The position numbers were made by a program, and so were the translations under genes. From NCBI RefSeq assembly GCF_006345805.1, contig NC_043009.1, positions 558,001-622,000 on the forward strand: a stretch of 64,000 nucleotides of DNA. The letters are read 5' to 3'. This DNA comes from Octopus sinensis (Eukaryota). The notes below the pieces were generated by a model that saw nothing but the letters and a program-made list of their open reading frames with translations, made no database searches and had not been told where the DNA came from. Shown one piece after another: positions 38,803 through 53,108 of the stretch (its first letter is position 1; every line of letters starts with the position of its first letter).

Positions 38803-39243
38803 CAGAAATAAAAGTGAGGGTGAGGTTTCCCGTTAAGTGGAGAAAACCACTCCAGAGTTTTTGGGGGTTTTTTAATGTTACAACCATCATGAAAAGAAAA
38901 AGAGAAAATTGTTAGCGCTTATGATAACTGGTGAAGTAACGCAAGAATGACAAGTGCAATTTTAAAAAGTTAATAGTAATTGTATAAATTTAAAAGCAGG
39001 CGCCTCCGTGGCTAAAATTTTGCGCCCAACCACATGGTTTCAAGTTCAGTCCCACAGTGTGCCAGTTAGGCAAGTGTCTTCTACTATAACATTGTCCTGG
39101 CCAAAGTCTGGTGAGTGGATTTGGTAGACAGGCTGGCAATTTAAACTGGTCGTGTGCATACGCGCATATATATGCATGTATACGTTCGTATATGTAAGTA
39201 TTCGTATGTTATATATATATATTTGTATTTATGTGTTGTGTAT

Positions 39244-39301
39244 ATTCCACTGATGAGGCAAAGCATTTCTTATGCAAAGTCAGAAATCCGGGATCTAGAA
39301 T
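39244..39301 (+). ncRNA. Probable type I hammerhead ribozyme, slightly decayed
   Basis: attcca-CTGATGA-ggc...gtc-a-GAAA-tcc g gga-TC-tagaat. One mismatch in stem I; AUC triplet. Confidence 0.6.
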
Positions 39302-40659
39302 TATCTAGTATTTTTTTCCTAGTCTATTTTGTCTCTTTGTCTTCTCTCCTGGTGCTGTATGAACATTTAATGTGGTTTTAAAGTCAAGTTTTGACAACAA
39401 ATTTCCAGCGTGGTGGTATCTCTTAGATACCCTAAATTATAATTTTAATAGTAATTATTACCTTTGAAGATTTTTATTCCATGCTGGCCACTTGATAAGA
39501 TCGATATTTAAATAACGATCTTAGCCTTATATAAATTTATATATACATGCATACATATATAGCAAATAAGTTGGTAATAATAATTCTTTCTGCTCTATAA
39601 GAACAAGGTCGAAAATTTTGGGAGAAGGAAGCCAGTCGATAACAGTGATGGGCTGGTACATATTTCATCGATCCCGAAAGGGTGAAAGACAAAGTCGGCC
39701 TCGGAAAGTTTTCAACTTAGGACTTAGCTGAATACAGCTCCGACCAAAGACCGGAATCAATGTTATTCTGCGACCTCGGTCTACAGTCCTCGAAATACGT
39801 TGATTGCGTTAAGTATAATTCTCAGTTTTTATGAAGTGCAAATTCTCCATTTCTCTTTCTGTGTCTCCGTGTGCCTGTTTCACTAAGTAGATGTAATGCG
39901 ATACGAAAAATTATAGAATTTCATTCCCATAGAAGATAACAGTCTTTCGATAACAAAAAAAAGAAGAAAAAAAACAAAGAAAGTGAGACCGATATAACTA
40001 TTGGTGACAACATGATTCGCTAAAACCCTTGAAAGCTATGCTCTAGCATGACTACTGCCCAATGGCACTAACACTAGTAAAAATAATTATTATTTTATTA
40101 ACAACACGAAACCACTCAGTTCAAGTATTTAAAAATACTTGAACTCATTTGTTACTCTATTACGCACGTGATTTTTAAAGCCGGTACTCAACTATGATAT
40201 TAATGCAGGTTGCATCCCTGGGAAAATTTCTAACATCACAATTATAGAGTGTTTAATGTGAAATTTTTTACAATGAAAACCGTGATCGTTTTGTCATTCT
40301 AATGTCTGACGAGGTCTAATAACAACCGAAACGTATTCCAAGTTGTCTCTGTACTTACCGAAGACCAGATTCACTCCACACCACATACACATTTTTCTTT
40401 TATTTGTTTATTTGTTTCAGTCATTAAACTGCGGCCCCTGCTGGGGCACCATCTTGAAGACTTCTAATCGAACGAATTGACTGTGCTTATGTTTTGAAGT
40501 CTGGGACTTATTCTATCAGTCTGTTTTACTGATCTGCTACGTTTTGGGGACGTAAACACACCAATACCGGTTGCCAAGGGCTGAAACATGTAAAAGAATA
40601 AAAGAATAAATAAGTGTTTATAGACTGACAAATTATTCACTTATCGTAAGGAGTAAATC

Positions 40660-40968
40660 ATTGGATCTCAACCATTTTTTGCCTATGACCCCTTTGACTA
40701 CTGTTTTACTCTCTGAGCCCCTATAGCCGACCGATGTTTCAAATCTAGTTTCAGAGATATTTCTTTCGAAATTCCTTTTCTTTCTTTTTCACACATTCGA
40801 GAAAGAAATCTAGCTGATACTTGCAATAAATACATCTGAAGCAAACGTTTTTTTCACAGAGCCTTCACATACTACTGTGGGTCTCCAATTTAATATTTTG
40901 CTTGCGTAGACCCCTAAAAATCTTACATGGGCCCCAGGAGTCTTATAAACTTCGATTGAGAACCACTG
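40660..40968. mobile_element. hAT-type MITE, reverse copy of the 52011-52364 family
   Basis: Ends ttgagaaccactg and shares internal similarity with 52011-52364. Confidence 0.65.
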
Positions 40969-41068
40969 GAGTAAAGGAAATCTGACGTTTCGTTCTTTTG
41001 CCCGAAAACTTGTTGAACTGGTAATGAACATCAAAAATAACGCTTTCAATACATTTCTAAGAACATTG

Positions 41069-41195
<127 letters not shown>

Positions 41196-41217
41196 TTATT
41201 TATTTACATACGTATAT

Positions 41218-41296
<79 letters not shown>

Positions 41297-42797
41297 TATA
41301 TTATATATATATATATATATATACCAAAAGGTAATTTCTTACCTACCTTCAAAAAGGTTTAATCTGAGATATTAGATTCTATTCCAGGAAATCTTTTTTT
41401 AACACTCGGTACTATATTTCATTTTATTCTGTCAGTAATATAACATCGATAAGGCAGTGAGTCGTTAGCATGCCGGACGGAATGCTTTAACTCATTTTGT
41501 CCGTTTTTACTTTCCGATTACAAATTCCACGAAGGTCGATTCTGCCTTTCATCCTTTCAGGATCAATATAATCCACTTATCCACTTCCCCGAAATTTCTG
41601 GCCTTGTGCTAAAATCTGAAATTTGAAACCAACCATATAACATAGATTATTCTAAGAGTATCGTGACAACGGATACATATGCTATGTATGACTTTAAACT
41701 GTGTCCGGTTGTGGAGCCCTGGTTCGGAAGTTCTAGTGTTTTGAAGAGTGTGGAACAACCACTTAGCCACTAATTTTCCCAGCTTACTCTACCGTCCAAG
41801 AATTTGGACCTGGAGATCTCCATTTCCAGCGACTTCAAGGGTCATCTCCCAGTGGTGTTGGGCGTTAACGAAGAGCCCTCAACTACAACAAGACGACCAA
41901 AGTTTTTTTTCCATGGTCTGGGGTCTCCCGACCCTAAGTCCTAGACCATCACCTAATCACCCTTACTCGTCTTGTTGTTTAACAACAACAACAACCAGCG
42001 TAATCTGACCCGGAGTAGTAAAACTTGCCAGAGTTCCACCTATGTGTTAATTGGCACGTCGCGGAATTGCCTCTGGAAGATGGTTATTCACAGACATCCA
42101 AGCGGATCCAGAACAGGTAAGGCCTTTCAGCTCTTTGGCTGCTCTTCTAAGAAAAGATAGCTATTATCAGTGTTCCTTGCCACCACAATCCAAGAAGTAA
42201 TTTTGATAACACCATTTCAATCACAGATGACCTACAGTTATTGCTCAATAAAACCGCTGTTTGAAAGTTGATTTCCGAATTGTTAAATGATGTTATCCAT
42301 ACGAAAGGTAACTCCATACAACTCCAGCATCCTGACAACTACAGGGCTCGTGACACTTTTTGCACCTGACCAATATAATTTTAAAGGAGCAAATTGTGGA
42401 ACTGGCTCTGCATAAATAATGCCCACTACAATAATAGTCATTGTGCAGGGTTGTTCAGCAAACCAAGACAGTAACACCAAGCTGTGTCTTGTTGAACTCT
42501 CATTCGTTGAACCGACATGGAAGTTCAACAAAACAACGGTAACCTGATGTATGTATGTATGTATGTATGTATGTATTCAGGGCAGTGAATTGGCTCAATT
42601 TGTTGACAGTCTGACAATATAATTTACAAATCTTTACCTTGTGAGTTCAAATACCGCCGAGGAAATTGTCTTCGCTTTTGATCCTTCTGGTGTCGATTAT
42701 TCCGGAAAGAATTCATTTGGATTTATCAATCGTTTATAGATACCTCTGGTCAGCGAAAGATCAAGCAAATAATTCTACTAACTTTCAGCAATTTATA

Positions 42798-42903
42798 CAG
42801 AGTGATTCAAAAGTCACTATACATAGGAAAATTTATTTTTTTATAAGAAACAGTTAAATAAAAAAAAATTGTTCTTATGTATGGTGACTTTTGAATCACC
42901 CTG
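42798..42903. mobile_element. Tc1/mariner-type MITE, 106 bp
   Basis: ~31-bp TIRs cagagtgattcaaaagtcactatacatagga / tcttatgtatggtgacttttgaatcaccctg, with TA on both sides. Confidence 0.88.
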
Positions 42904-43704
42904 TACGTAAATAAATGGCAATAGCAATGCGTATTTAGACGAGTGCAGCAGTAAGCGTATGTGGAAAGCTCAATGAGAGTTGATTCTAAGATCCTAGGTT
43001 CGATTTCCACCAATGCACTTCGTGAAAATTTCATTGATACTTAAATGGGCGAATCACAAATTTTTGATCATGAAAAATAAAACAAAACTGATAGTGTTGT
43101 TGTTGCTTAGATTCAGATGAGTTGCCATCAAACAGACATTCCAGCAATGTTTAACATGCCCTTCCAAGTACGGCGTGGCTTACGGGAAATTTCATTGCTA
43201 TTTCTTGCAGTTGGAACGACCATGTAGAGACCCCTACGTTGACGCTGCTGCTGCAGCGGCTTTTGTTATTGTTGACTAGGTTCCAGTTCACCTCTGGAAA
43301 AACAGACCTACGATCAAAGACATCCTAATAATGACCTTCCCACCTTTTTATTTATTTATCTATTTATTTGTCCTAAGGGTAGCGCATACATGACCACAAT
43401 ATCCTGAGAGCCCTTCTTTTCCTAAGTCTTTTCCTAAGCCACTGCTATTTCTAAAACATTAAACGACCAAATAAACAGCCTTTTTCTTCATTGTCTCGTG
43501 ATTCACCATTGTTTTATTCGTGAAACTGATTCTAACGTTTAGCTTTATTTCTCCAATAAAAACAATCGTAAATTTACTCTCAGCCACCCTTTAGAGGGAA
43601 CCCATATGTTTGTTTAAATCCATACAAACCCTGGGGGCCATAGAAGATTCTTGAGGTTCAACAAAAGAAACAAAGTAAATTGGGTCTATTTTAAGGGTCT
43701 AGGA

Positions 43705-43923
43705 CAGTGCTTTTAAAACTTTTTGCTGGAGCGGAACCCTAAGGAAACATTCCACTGGTTCGAGGAACCCCTGTGCAATAATTTAATAATCTTATGCACA
43801 CACGTCTGCACAGGAGAAATAAAAATTACTGCCGATTTTAGCAGTTTTGTAACTTCTTGCGGAACCCCTGGTCTGTACTGGGAGAACCCTAAGGTTCCGC
43901 AGAACCCTGGTTGAAAACCACTG
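43705..43923. mobile_element. hAT (Charlie-like) MITE
   Basis: cagtgctttt.aa / ttgaaaaccactg ends. 8-bp TSD gtctagga / gtctagaa. Confidence 0.85.
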
Positions 43924-44003
43924 GTCTAGAAAAACAATTTACTATGGATGCATTTATTGCAAGAAACAGCTAGGTTTTTTCTCTTACGTTTTACTTAGTT
44001 TAA

Positions 44004-44604
44004 CCCATCGTGGGCCGGTAGGGTTGGAATTACATAAAAGACAATTGGGATCCCGAGGAACCCGCTTTTTATTTTTGCGCATTTCTGCACTGTCCATAAA
44101 TTAATATTTGTTTAATCTTGTATATATGTGTGAATGCATGATACAGAACAAGAATATATTGTATGTATTGATAATTATAAGCGTTTAATGGAGGGGAATT
44201 AAAATATGATTTATTGGCTGAAAAAAATCTTTATTGAAAGAAATCAACATTATTTATAGTTTTATAAACTATACATATAGTACTAAATATAAAATAAAAC
44301 AAAATTATTTAGTATATCGATTCATACCAGTAAAATACGAAGAAAATTTACTTATAGTTTATCAGAATATCTGAAAAAAGAACAGAAAAAATAATTTCAC
44401 AGAAGGCCAATGGGATCCAGTTGAACCCAATGACCATATTTTATGCTTTAACTGGAAATTTTCAATTCAAAATTTATATGTGCATACATAAACTATTGAC
44501 AATAAAAGTCATGAGATATAAAGTCATTTAAACAAAATATGTAGAAGTTGCATAACTTCTAAAATTTGCTGGGGTTCCAAGGGACCCCGCCGGCCCACGA
44601 AAGG
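44004..44604. mobile_element. piggyBac-like MITE
   Basis: TTAA|cccatcgtgggccgg ... ccggcccacgaaagg|TTAA. Confidence 0.85.
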
Positions 44605-46199
44605 TTAATCTACACAAGTGAATTTGTTATGAGCAGAATATTAATTTTGAAAGAAGCCTGTATAAAATTACTTTTTAAACATCGAGTGGCTATGGGGCTC
44701 TACCAGAGTAAAATAATAATCTAAGGGATTCATAGACAAAAGATGGCTGAGAATCGCTGGTTTATATGTTATGTTCTAAACTAAAATAATAAAATGTAAT
44801 AAAATACCAACTTAAAAACGAGCATTTTCTAGAAATATTACAGCCATTAGAAAAAATCAGTTTATAGTAAGCACAGCTTTTCTCAACTATTATTTTCTTT
44901 ATATCGTTAAGTTTGATAATTATAATTATTATCCAAAATGTCCTACCGACATTAATTATATGTCATTACAACTGGAAGATTACCTCACCGGGAATTATGA
45001 CTTGTAAAGATTGTGTGCTTGGTATAGAAAGCATAATCTCCCTCGCCTAAAAGCGGAAGTGAATGCTTGTCTAATTGTTAATATTTCATCATTTCATTAC
45101 CTCAGGACATTCTGTGAATTTGAAAATCTAGCGGAATTAGAAAAACACTCAAGTGATAGTTATTTATTCATTTAATTACTTATGTAGGTTGTCTGCGATT
45201 GTATAAAATAATTTTAAGTTCCTCTAACAACTTTTCTCCCCTTAACAGTCGTCGTCATCTTCGCCATCACCATCGTCATCGTCGTCATCACCACAAGCAC
45301 CATCATCATCATCATCACCAACACCGTGCCTACCACTACCACCACTACCACCACCATCACCACTGTCATTGTCATCATCGTCGTAGCCTTCATCCTCATC
45401 GTTTATCGTTCGTTTACAGTAGCATGCAGCCAAAATTATCCATTATCCCCCCAACCCATTGCATTTTGCATAAGCAATGATGGCCCTGGGGTCGACTGAC
45501 GAAGCCCTGCTCATCGGCAAGAATTTAATCCAAAGGCAGAATTTGATCTCAGAATGCAAAGAGCCGGAAACAAACACTGCAAAGTTATCTCGTGCGACGT
45601 TCTAACAATAACGCCAATCCATCACCACTAGAGTTGTACTTATAGGAGTCCCCAAAATAATTTAGCTAAAAAAAACAAGAGATTACTGCTTTAGTGGGGG
45701 GGTGCAGGATTGAGAATCTCAAAAGGGTTTCTTTAATTTTTTTTTTTTTTGAGGGAGCGTCTAATCAAATATTTACGTGTCCTCGGGTTCTTCGAATTCT
45801 GGTTGATGTTCCAGCTGAGCCCCCCTCCAACTGCTGCCTCTGGCCCTGGGTATTTCATTTATCAACTCTGACAGATAAAGAGTAGAGCTGACCTCAGCGG
45901 GGTTTGAACTCAGAATATAAAGGAACCAGAATAACAGTTGCTTTTCGAACAAAGTTCATTGCAATATCTGCTCTGCATCGAGTTACGCAAGCACACCCTC
46001 GTTACTCTCACTGTCGCCAAATGCATTGAAGCCAGTAACTGGTCCGCCAGAAAACTAGTAACTAACGATGCTGTTACTCACCAACTGGAATATGAAATAA
46101 AACAGAATAAAAATAAATAAATAAATATCAATGCTTAATACTACTTCATTCCCCAAATAGCTTCTGGCCGTCTAGAAAGCACAAATACGACCTACATTT

Positions 46200-46560
46200 A
46201 AAAGATGGTCCAGCTTTTAAACATATAAACATTCTAACCTTCATCACAAAAAGACAAGCTGCTCGGTAGTCAATTCCACCCCTGCCACACTCGCTGATAC
46301 ACAATACCACAATACTACGACGTTCATGTATCACTTTCCAACACTTCCTACTCACCTGAGCTCTCAAGTATTGTACCACCACAACCCGAAACGCACTCGA
46401 TATATCCGAAGCTTTTCCCTCCAACAGCCATCCTTAATATAAATATATCAACTTGTAAGCCCCTTTCTCTTTCGTCTTAACCCCAGTTTCCTGACACTCC
46501 TAGTTTGTCCACATTTACAACCTATAACAACATCGATTTCATTAGCTTCGAAGACTCGGC
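46200..46560 (+). pseudogene. Old CR1/L2-group LINE C-terminal fragment
   Basis: YSPELSSIVPP motif in decayed coding-like sequence. Confidence 0.4.
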
Positions 46561-46837
46561 GGCTTGCTCAAAATATTTTCACAATCTTCGTTTCGCCCCC
46601 TAAACCCTAAACTTCTGGAACTCCCTTTAAATATACTTCAAATAAAGTAACAACTTCTATGAAGTTTACCATTTCGTGTGAGGTTTGGTGTCTGTAATGA
46701 AGCTCTACTGTTAGACAATTCAGAAAAAGAAAAGACTTTCGGAATTCTTAAACAAACAAACCCCAAGGTATATAACATATGCATATATACATACATACAT
46801 ACCCATGCATACAACCACACACACACAAATATATATG

Positions 46838-46939
<102 letters not shown>

Positions 46940-46941
46940 GT

Positions 46942-47073
<132 letters not shown>

Positions 47074-47145
47074 GTATGTATATATATATAATATATATAT
47101 ATAATATATATATATATTATATATATATATATATTATATATATTA

Positions 47146-47551
47146 CTCTTTACTCTTTTACTTGTTTCAGTCATTTGACTGCGGCCATGCTGGAGCACCG
47201 CCTTTAATCGAGCAACTCGACCCCGGGACTTATTCTTTGTAAGCCCAGTACTTATTCTATCGGTCTCTTTTCCCGAACCGCTAAGTTACGGGGACATAAA
47301 CACACCAGCATCGGTTGTCAAGCAATGCTAGGGGGATAAACACAGACACACAAACACACACGCACAAATATGCATGTATATACATATATACGACGGGCTT
47401 CTTTCAGTTTCCGTCTACCAAATCCACTCACAAGGCTTTGGTCGGCCCGAGGCTATAGTAGAAGACACTTGCCCAAGGTGCCATGCAGTGGGACTGAACC
47501 GGAACCATGCGATTGGTAAACAAGCTACCTACCACACAGCCACTCCTGCGC
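47146..47551 (-). mobile_element. SINE family A, full length, young
   Basis: Highly similar to 50249-50632 and 3864-4268. Confidence 0.9.
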
Positions 47552-47552
47552 C

Positions 47553-47596
<44 letters not shown>

Positions 47597-47607
47597 TAGA
47601 TAGATAG

Positions 47608-47692
<85 letters not shown>

Positions 47693-48751
47693 TAAGTTCA
47701 GCAAAATTTAGATTCAGATGAATATGGTACTTAAGTTAAAGCTGTGAAACCGGGTTGATTTGCAAGGAAAAACAAAAACATGGTAGTGTTGGAGTTGCGG
47801 AATTGGAAGAAATGACAGCATCAGACAGTACTGTCAAATGCCCGATAAGGAAAAACTATAATAAAAGGCGTCCTAGTTGTCACAATCCCGTCGTTCGTAT
47901 ATATGAAACTAAGGTGCTTCTATATTAATAATCTTAGTCCAGGGTAGGACTTTAAACTGCATCCGGTATTCGGGCCCTTGTATGGGAGGTTTGGGGATTT
48001 AAGAAATGTAAAACCACCTCTTAACCACTCTCGTTCTCAGGTCCACTCTGATCCGGAGTAGTAACACCTGTTAAGGTCCCAACTATCAATCAATTAGCAT
48101 GTAACCCTCAGGGAGTAAAGGACCCTAGTTTTCATTAAGACTTCCTTCAAAGAGAAGGCAAACTTGTATTAAAATGCCTATAGTGCAGTTGGTTTCTGGT
48201 CGTCTCAACCTCTGTTGTGCCACTGGGTTTTGTAGCTGATAGTACTGAAAAGTGAGTTCAGAAATGTGCAACACTTAATCCACCCAAAACAAATTCATAC
48301 ACATGAACCTCTTGGACTCTCACAACGTTTGCACGGACTTCATGGGTCTAAGAATTGGTCTTACTTGTGTAAATTTAGTAAATCTTGAGATATCTAATGG
48401 TAAAAGACTCATAAAATGAGTGTTTACCATAACTGCAATCCCTGTTCTATTTATGTAAACTGTTTACATAGCTGACAAATCTATAACATGTACAAGAAAG
48501 TGTAAAATTATACAAAAACAAACGGAATTATTATATTTTTTAATATATTTTATATGTATATATGTATAAAGTACGTATAGCTTCAAATTTTGGCACAAGA
48601 CCAGCAAGTCCGTGGTAGGGGGTAAGTTGATTACATCGACCCCGGTACTCACGTGGTTCTCATTTTATCGACTTCGACGGAACGAAAGGCAATGCCAACC
48701 TCGACGGAATTTGAACTCAGAATGTAAAGACGGATGAAATGCCGCTAAGCA

Positions 48752-49597
48752 TAAATCAAATAATTCTAACCAATCGGTATCTAACAGATCGGTTGCATTT
48801 TTAACGACGAAGACTTTCGCTTTGCATGTTTTCCCTCGAAAAGTGACATTAGTCCACATTTCACTTTTGAAATGTAATTTTTCGTCCGTCAACCTACGAG
48901 CAGATTTCGCTGTTTTTCTCAACTTAGGTTTCCCTATTTTCTTCCATGTGTCCATGTTTATTATTGAAATATCACTTCCAGTATCCAATCGAAGTTTAAT
49001 ATATATTCCATTTATTTTTACTTGTACGAATTTTCTTATTTGGGAGTCGATTTTTGTGTCTGCTGAGAGCACTCGAGGATTTTTAACGTTTCACTTTCAT
49101 AATTTTGTTCTGCAGTGTGAACTCATGTGACCAATTCTTTTGCAACTGTAACATTTTTGATTTTTTCACTGGACAATCTTTTCTGAAATGTATGCCTCCA
49201 CATCCATAACATCGATTAGGACGTGGTGCTCTTTCCGTATTGTACTTTTTCGGTCAGCATATTCATTGGGGGGGGGGGAGACAATATGAAATTACAGAAA
49301 CGTTCATGCTCTAACGGAAATAATTTTCGCAATAACAATCTCATCTTTGTTGGTCCGACCATGATTTGCAATCTTGCTTAAAACTCTCCTCGTGCCTTCT
49401 GCAGTACGATGCAAAAGTTATAACCCCCCCCCCTCTGGGTTATAACTGAATTCATTTATCGAGTTTGAAACGACGTCTGGCGAAAACGAACTTACATTTT
49501 TGGACTTATTTGAATAAAACTCCAATAATTGTTGTTGTTGTTGTTGTTGCTGCTGATGCTGCTGTTGTTGTTGTTGTTGTTGTTGTTGTGTTGCTGC

Positions 49598-49635
<38 letters not shown>

Positions 49636-50072
49636 TTGCTGCTGTTGTTGCTGCTGTTGTTGTTGCTGTTTTTGTTGCTGCGGTAATAGTTGTTTCTGCA
49701 ATTCCCTTTTCTGCTCTTGTTGTTGCTTTTGTAACTGTACCATGGAAGTTTATATGTCTTCCATTAATTAACAAGTTTTATCACGAACAAATTGTTAAAT
49801 AACCTACGTGAGTTCGAAACCCTCGTCGCCAGATGTTGTAACGTAATTTGCCACGTACAATAAACAAGATAACCAGACAACAGTAACAACAGTGTAACGA
49901 ACTAACAAATCTCTTCACGAACCAACAATCACTATTCCATATGAACTAACCAACCGACACTTACACGAACTTCACTTGACTCCGAACTCTGAACTCACTA
50001 GAATCGTTACTATTTATACTCTACTCGGACCGGTCTACCTCTCGAAAGGGAGCATTGTAACTCATCACAACG
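48752..50072 (-). mobile_element. 5' half of a gypsy (Mag-like) LTR retrotransposon: LTR, PBS, gag, protease
   Basis: LTR ~49834-50072 ending ...acaaCA, with tataaata; PBS TGGCGACGAGG; polyQ gag; two zinc knuckles CYGCGGIHFRKDC and CYSCKRIGHMSSHC; protease LDTGSDISII. Confidence 0.9.
49807..49831 (-). promoter_or_regulatory. Primer-binding site, tRNA-Ser(GCU)-type
   Basis: TGGCGACGAGG lies 2 nt after the LTR and is complementary to the metazoan tRNA-Ser(GCU) 3' end CCUCGUCGCCA. Confidence 0.8.
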
Positions 50073-50248
50073 CATATATGTGTGCACACAGAGAAAAAGA
50101 GAGAGAGGGAGAGAGAGAGAGAGAGAGAGAGAGCAATGAGTAAGTTCTTGAAAAGGGGCAATCTGAGAGGTGCCAGTGTTGTTTTCAAGTGTACTTGAAA
50201 CCAGTACACTTAACTTTTAAGAGTGAGAGCAAACATATTGGTATATAT

Positions 50249-50632
50249 TTTTACTCTTTTACTTGTTTCAGTCATTTGACTGCGGCCATGCTGGAGCACC
50301 ACCTTTAATCGAGCAACTCGACCCCGGACTTATTCTTTGTAAGCCCAGTACTTATTCTATCGGTCTCTTTTCACGAACCGCTAAGTGACGGGGACATAAA
50401 CACACCAGCATCGGTTGTCAAGCAATGCTAGGGGGACAAACACATACGCACACACACACATATATATATATATATACATATATATATACGACGGGTTTTT
50501 TCAGTTTCCGTCTACCAAATTCACTCACAAGGCTTTGGTCAGCCCGGGGCTATAGTAGAAGACACTTACCCAAGATGCCACGCAGTGGGACTGAACCCGG
50601 TACCATGTGGTTGGTAAGGAAGCTACTTACCA
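50249..50632 (-). mobile_element. SINE family A
   Basis: Reverse complement of family A. Confidence 0.9.
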
Positions 50633-52010
50633 CACACCCAATGGCTTCTCTTCAAATGGATATATTTACATGCAGAGTGGAGAGGCCTTTCTCTCAAGGA
50701 GGGCCGCTTATGCCAACGAGGAAACCTGTATGTTGTCACAAAACAATATTAGAAATAACAGCTTAATCACTCTCAAGTCACGTTATTTCATCTTTAAAAT
50801 TTAGGACATATTGACTAGTGTGGTCTTTCTTTTACAGCTTATTTGTGTGGGGTGGGCAAGTGCAGCAAAAATGAATTTGTTTTCTTGTCTACGGTCTGCA
50901 AGGAAAGAAATTTACACACCGAAGCCCTGCCTTGAAAGCTTGCAATGGAGCAAACTCCGCAAAAGGCACCCAAGGGCCAAGTTGGTGTTGTTAAACTGAG
51001 CGTCGTATTAAGTTCACCGCCCATTCAAGAATGGAACTCATAACACAAACAGCCATTGGAACAAATACCGAACGACATCTAGCCCGACGCTTTAACACTT
51101 ACGCCAACACACCGCCGTGGTGTGTAATTTACTTTTGTTTTAATGAACATGAAAGGATGAAAGATATGGTCTAACCACAGCGGGATTTGAACTCATTGAG
51201 CATATGACCAGAACAAATAGCGCATGGCATTTTGCCCGACATACTAACGATTCTGGCAATTTGCCTCCTGCAATGGAATGTTTGACCAGACGAAGTCGTA
51301 AATTGTGTCGTTATTTGACATGGCCTCTGATTTTTTTTTTTCTTTTTTCTTTTTTGTAGATTTGTGGATTTTGTTCCTCTCCGTGTCTGACTACATCCGA
51401 TTTCTTTCAGAAAGAGAGACAGGAAGGAACGAACGAACGAACGAACGGAAATGGAAGAAAGATAATTATTTTTCCCTGTATATAACTAGTTCTTTACTTT
51501 ATCGATCCCAGAAAGAACGAAAGGCAAGGCTGACTTCGGTTAGATTTGAAATCACAGCTTCGATAGTGGGAGTGATTAGAGAAAACGCTATCTATTCAAC
51601 AGCTCAAATGACTCTGACACTGGGTAACCTTAAACTGAGATGATCGCGGTTTGAATTCTTCTGCTCAGAGTTACTCGATTAGGGATAACCCAAGGCTAAT
51701 CATCACTAGAAAGAACTTACCTTTGTATCGGATATAATAAACTTGAAAGCATGGGCAATGTTTGGAATATATTTTCTTCTCTCCATTCTACACTACCAAC
51801 TCTTCGAAGTCTCTACAGCGTAGATATATGAATAACATACGAATATTTGACATAAAAATTAAGATCTTTTAGTTTTTCTGCAGAAAATGCTGACATTGTG
51901 ACACGCGCTCTGACACAAGCTTAGCTGTAATATGAAGAAGCTTGTTTCTCAGTTATGTGGTTCTGGGTTCGAAGAAAACTACCCAGCACCTTGGACGGCA
52001 TTGTCTAAAA

Positions 52011-52364
52011 CAGTGGTTCTCAACTGGGTTCCATATGGGTCCTGAGGGTTCATATAAGATTTTAGTGGGGAGGGGCACGTAACAAAATAGTAAACTGGGG
52101 AGCCACAATATTATTTTAAGGGCTCCTAAAAAAATTTGCTTAAGATGCATGTATTGGTACGTATTGCAAGAATCATCTAGGTTTCTTTAGCATTTTACAT
52201 AGTTCAACCTAGACAAGTTAATGTGTGAAAGACAACATAGGAATTTTGAAAGAAGTTTCTATTAAACTAGTTTTTAAACATTAAATGGCTATGGGGAGTC
52301 CACCAAAAATAAAATAGTAATCAAAGGAATTCATGGATAAAAAAAAATTGGTTGTGAACCCCTG
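52011..52364. mobile_element. hAT (Charlie-like) MITE inserted in a decayed SINE
   Basis: cagtggttctcaac / gttgtgaacccctg TIRs. Perfect TSD gtctaaaa at 52003-52010 and 52365-52372. Confidence 0.9.
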
Positions 52365-52704
52365 GTCTAAAAAATCCTCAGTGCGGCCCAAATTTTATGA
52401 GTGAAAAAAGTAATAGAGGCCGTTCTTCATTCTTTAAATCTATGGGAAAAAGAAAAACACATGTGGCTCTTAACCTAAAAACACCCTAAACTACTTCTCC
52501 TGCCTTGGAAATGTTGATGTGGTTACCAGTGATTTACCAAATGAGATTCCAGTTTCTTTAATTATTTCTTAATTCAATGAATGCAAATCTTGATTGGTTA
52601 ATTAACCTCTTTATTTTGCTGGGCCGATGAAGGAGCTGTTATGTGGAAGTTTCCACTTAACCTGCTAAAAATAGCTGCCAGATCTCCTTGAAATTACAGC
52701 CTAC

Positions 52705-53108
52705 AGGCGCAGGCATGGCTGTGTGGAAAAAAGCTTGCTTCCCAATCACATGGCTCCGGGTTCAGTCCCATTGTGTGGCACCTTGAGCAAGTGCCTTCTA
52801 CTATAGCATTGGTCCAACCAGTCTTGTGAGTGGATTTCGTTGACAGAAACTGAAAGAAGCCCGTTGTATATATATATGTGTGTGTGTGTGTTTTGAGTCG
52901 GTTTTTGTCCCCCACGACCGTTTGACAACCGGTGTTGGTGTGTTTACGTCCCTGGAACATAGCGGCTCGGCAAAAGGAACCGATAGAATAAATACTATGC
53001 TTCAAAAATAAAACCCTGGTGGTCGATTTGTTCGACTGAAATCGTTCAAGGCAGTGCTCCAGCATGGCTGCAGTCAAATGACCAAAAACAAGTAAAAGAA
53101 TAAAAGAA
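52705..53108 (+). mobile_element. SINE family A, full length
   Basis: ggcgcaggcatggctgtgtgg...aagtaaaagaataaaagaat. Confidence 0.88.

Noticed and set aside
40301-40340. CTGACGA-ggt...acc-GAAA-cgTA hammerhead core
   Set aside because: Core and stem II are present but no stem I pairing was found. Counted only as a possible relic, not called as a feature.
42085-42420. Possible micro-exon (cag|...cag|gtaagg) or retroviral protease relic (KVTPYNSSILTTTGLVTL)
   Set aside because: Too short and degenerate to support either call.
45199-45480. His-rich ORF
   Set aside because: It is a (CAT/CAC)n trinucleotide repeat with no splice or homology support.
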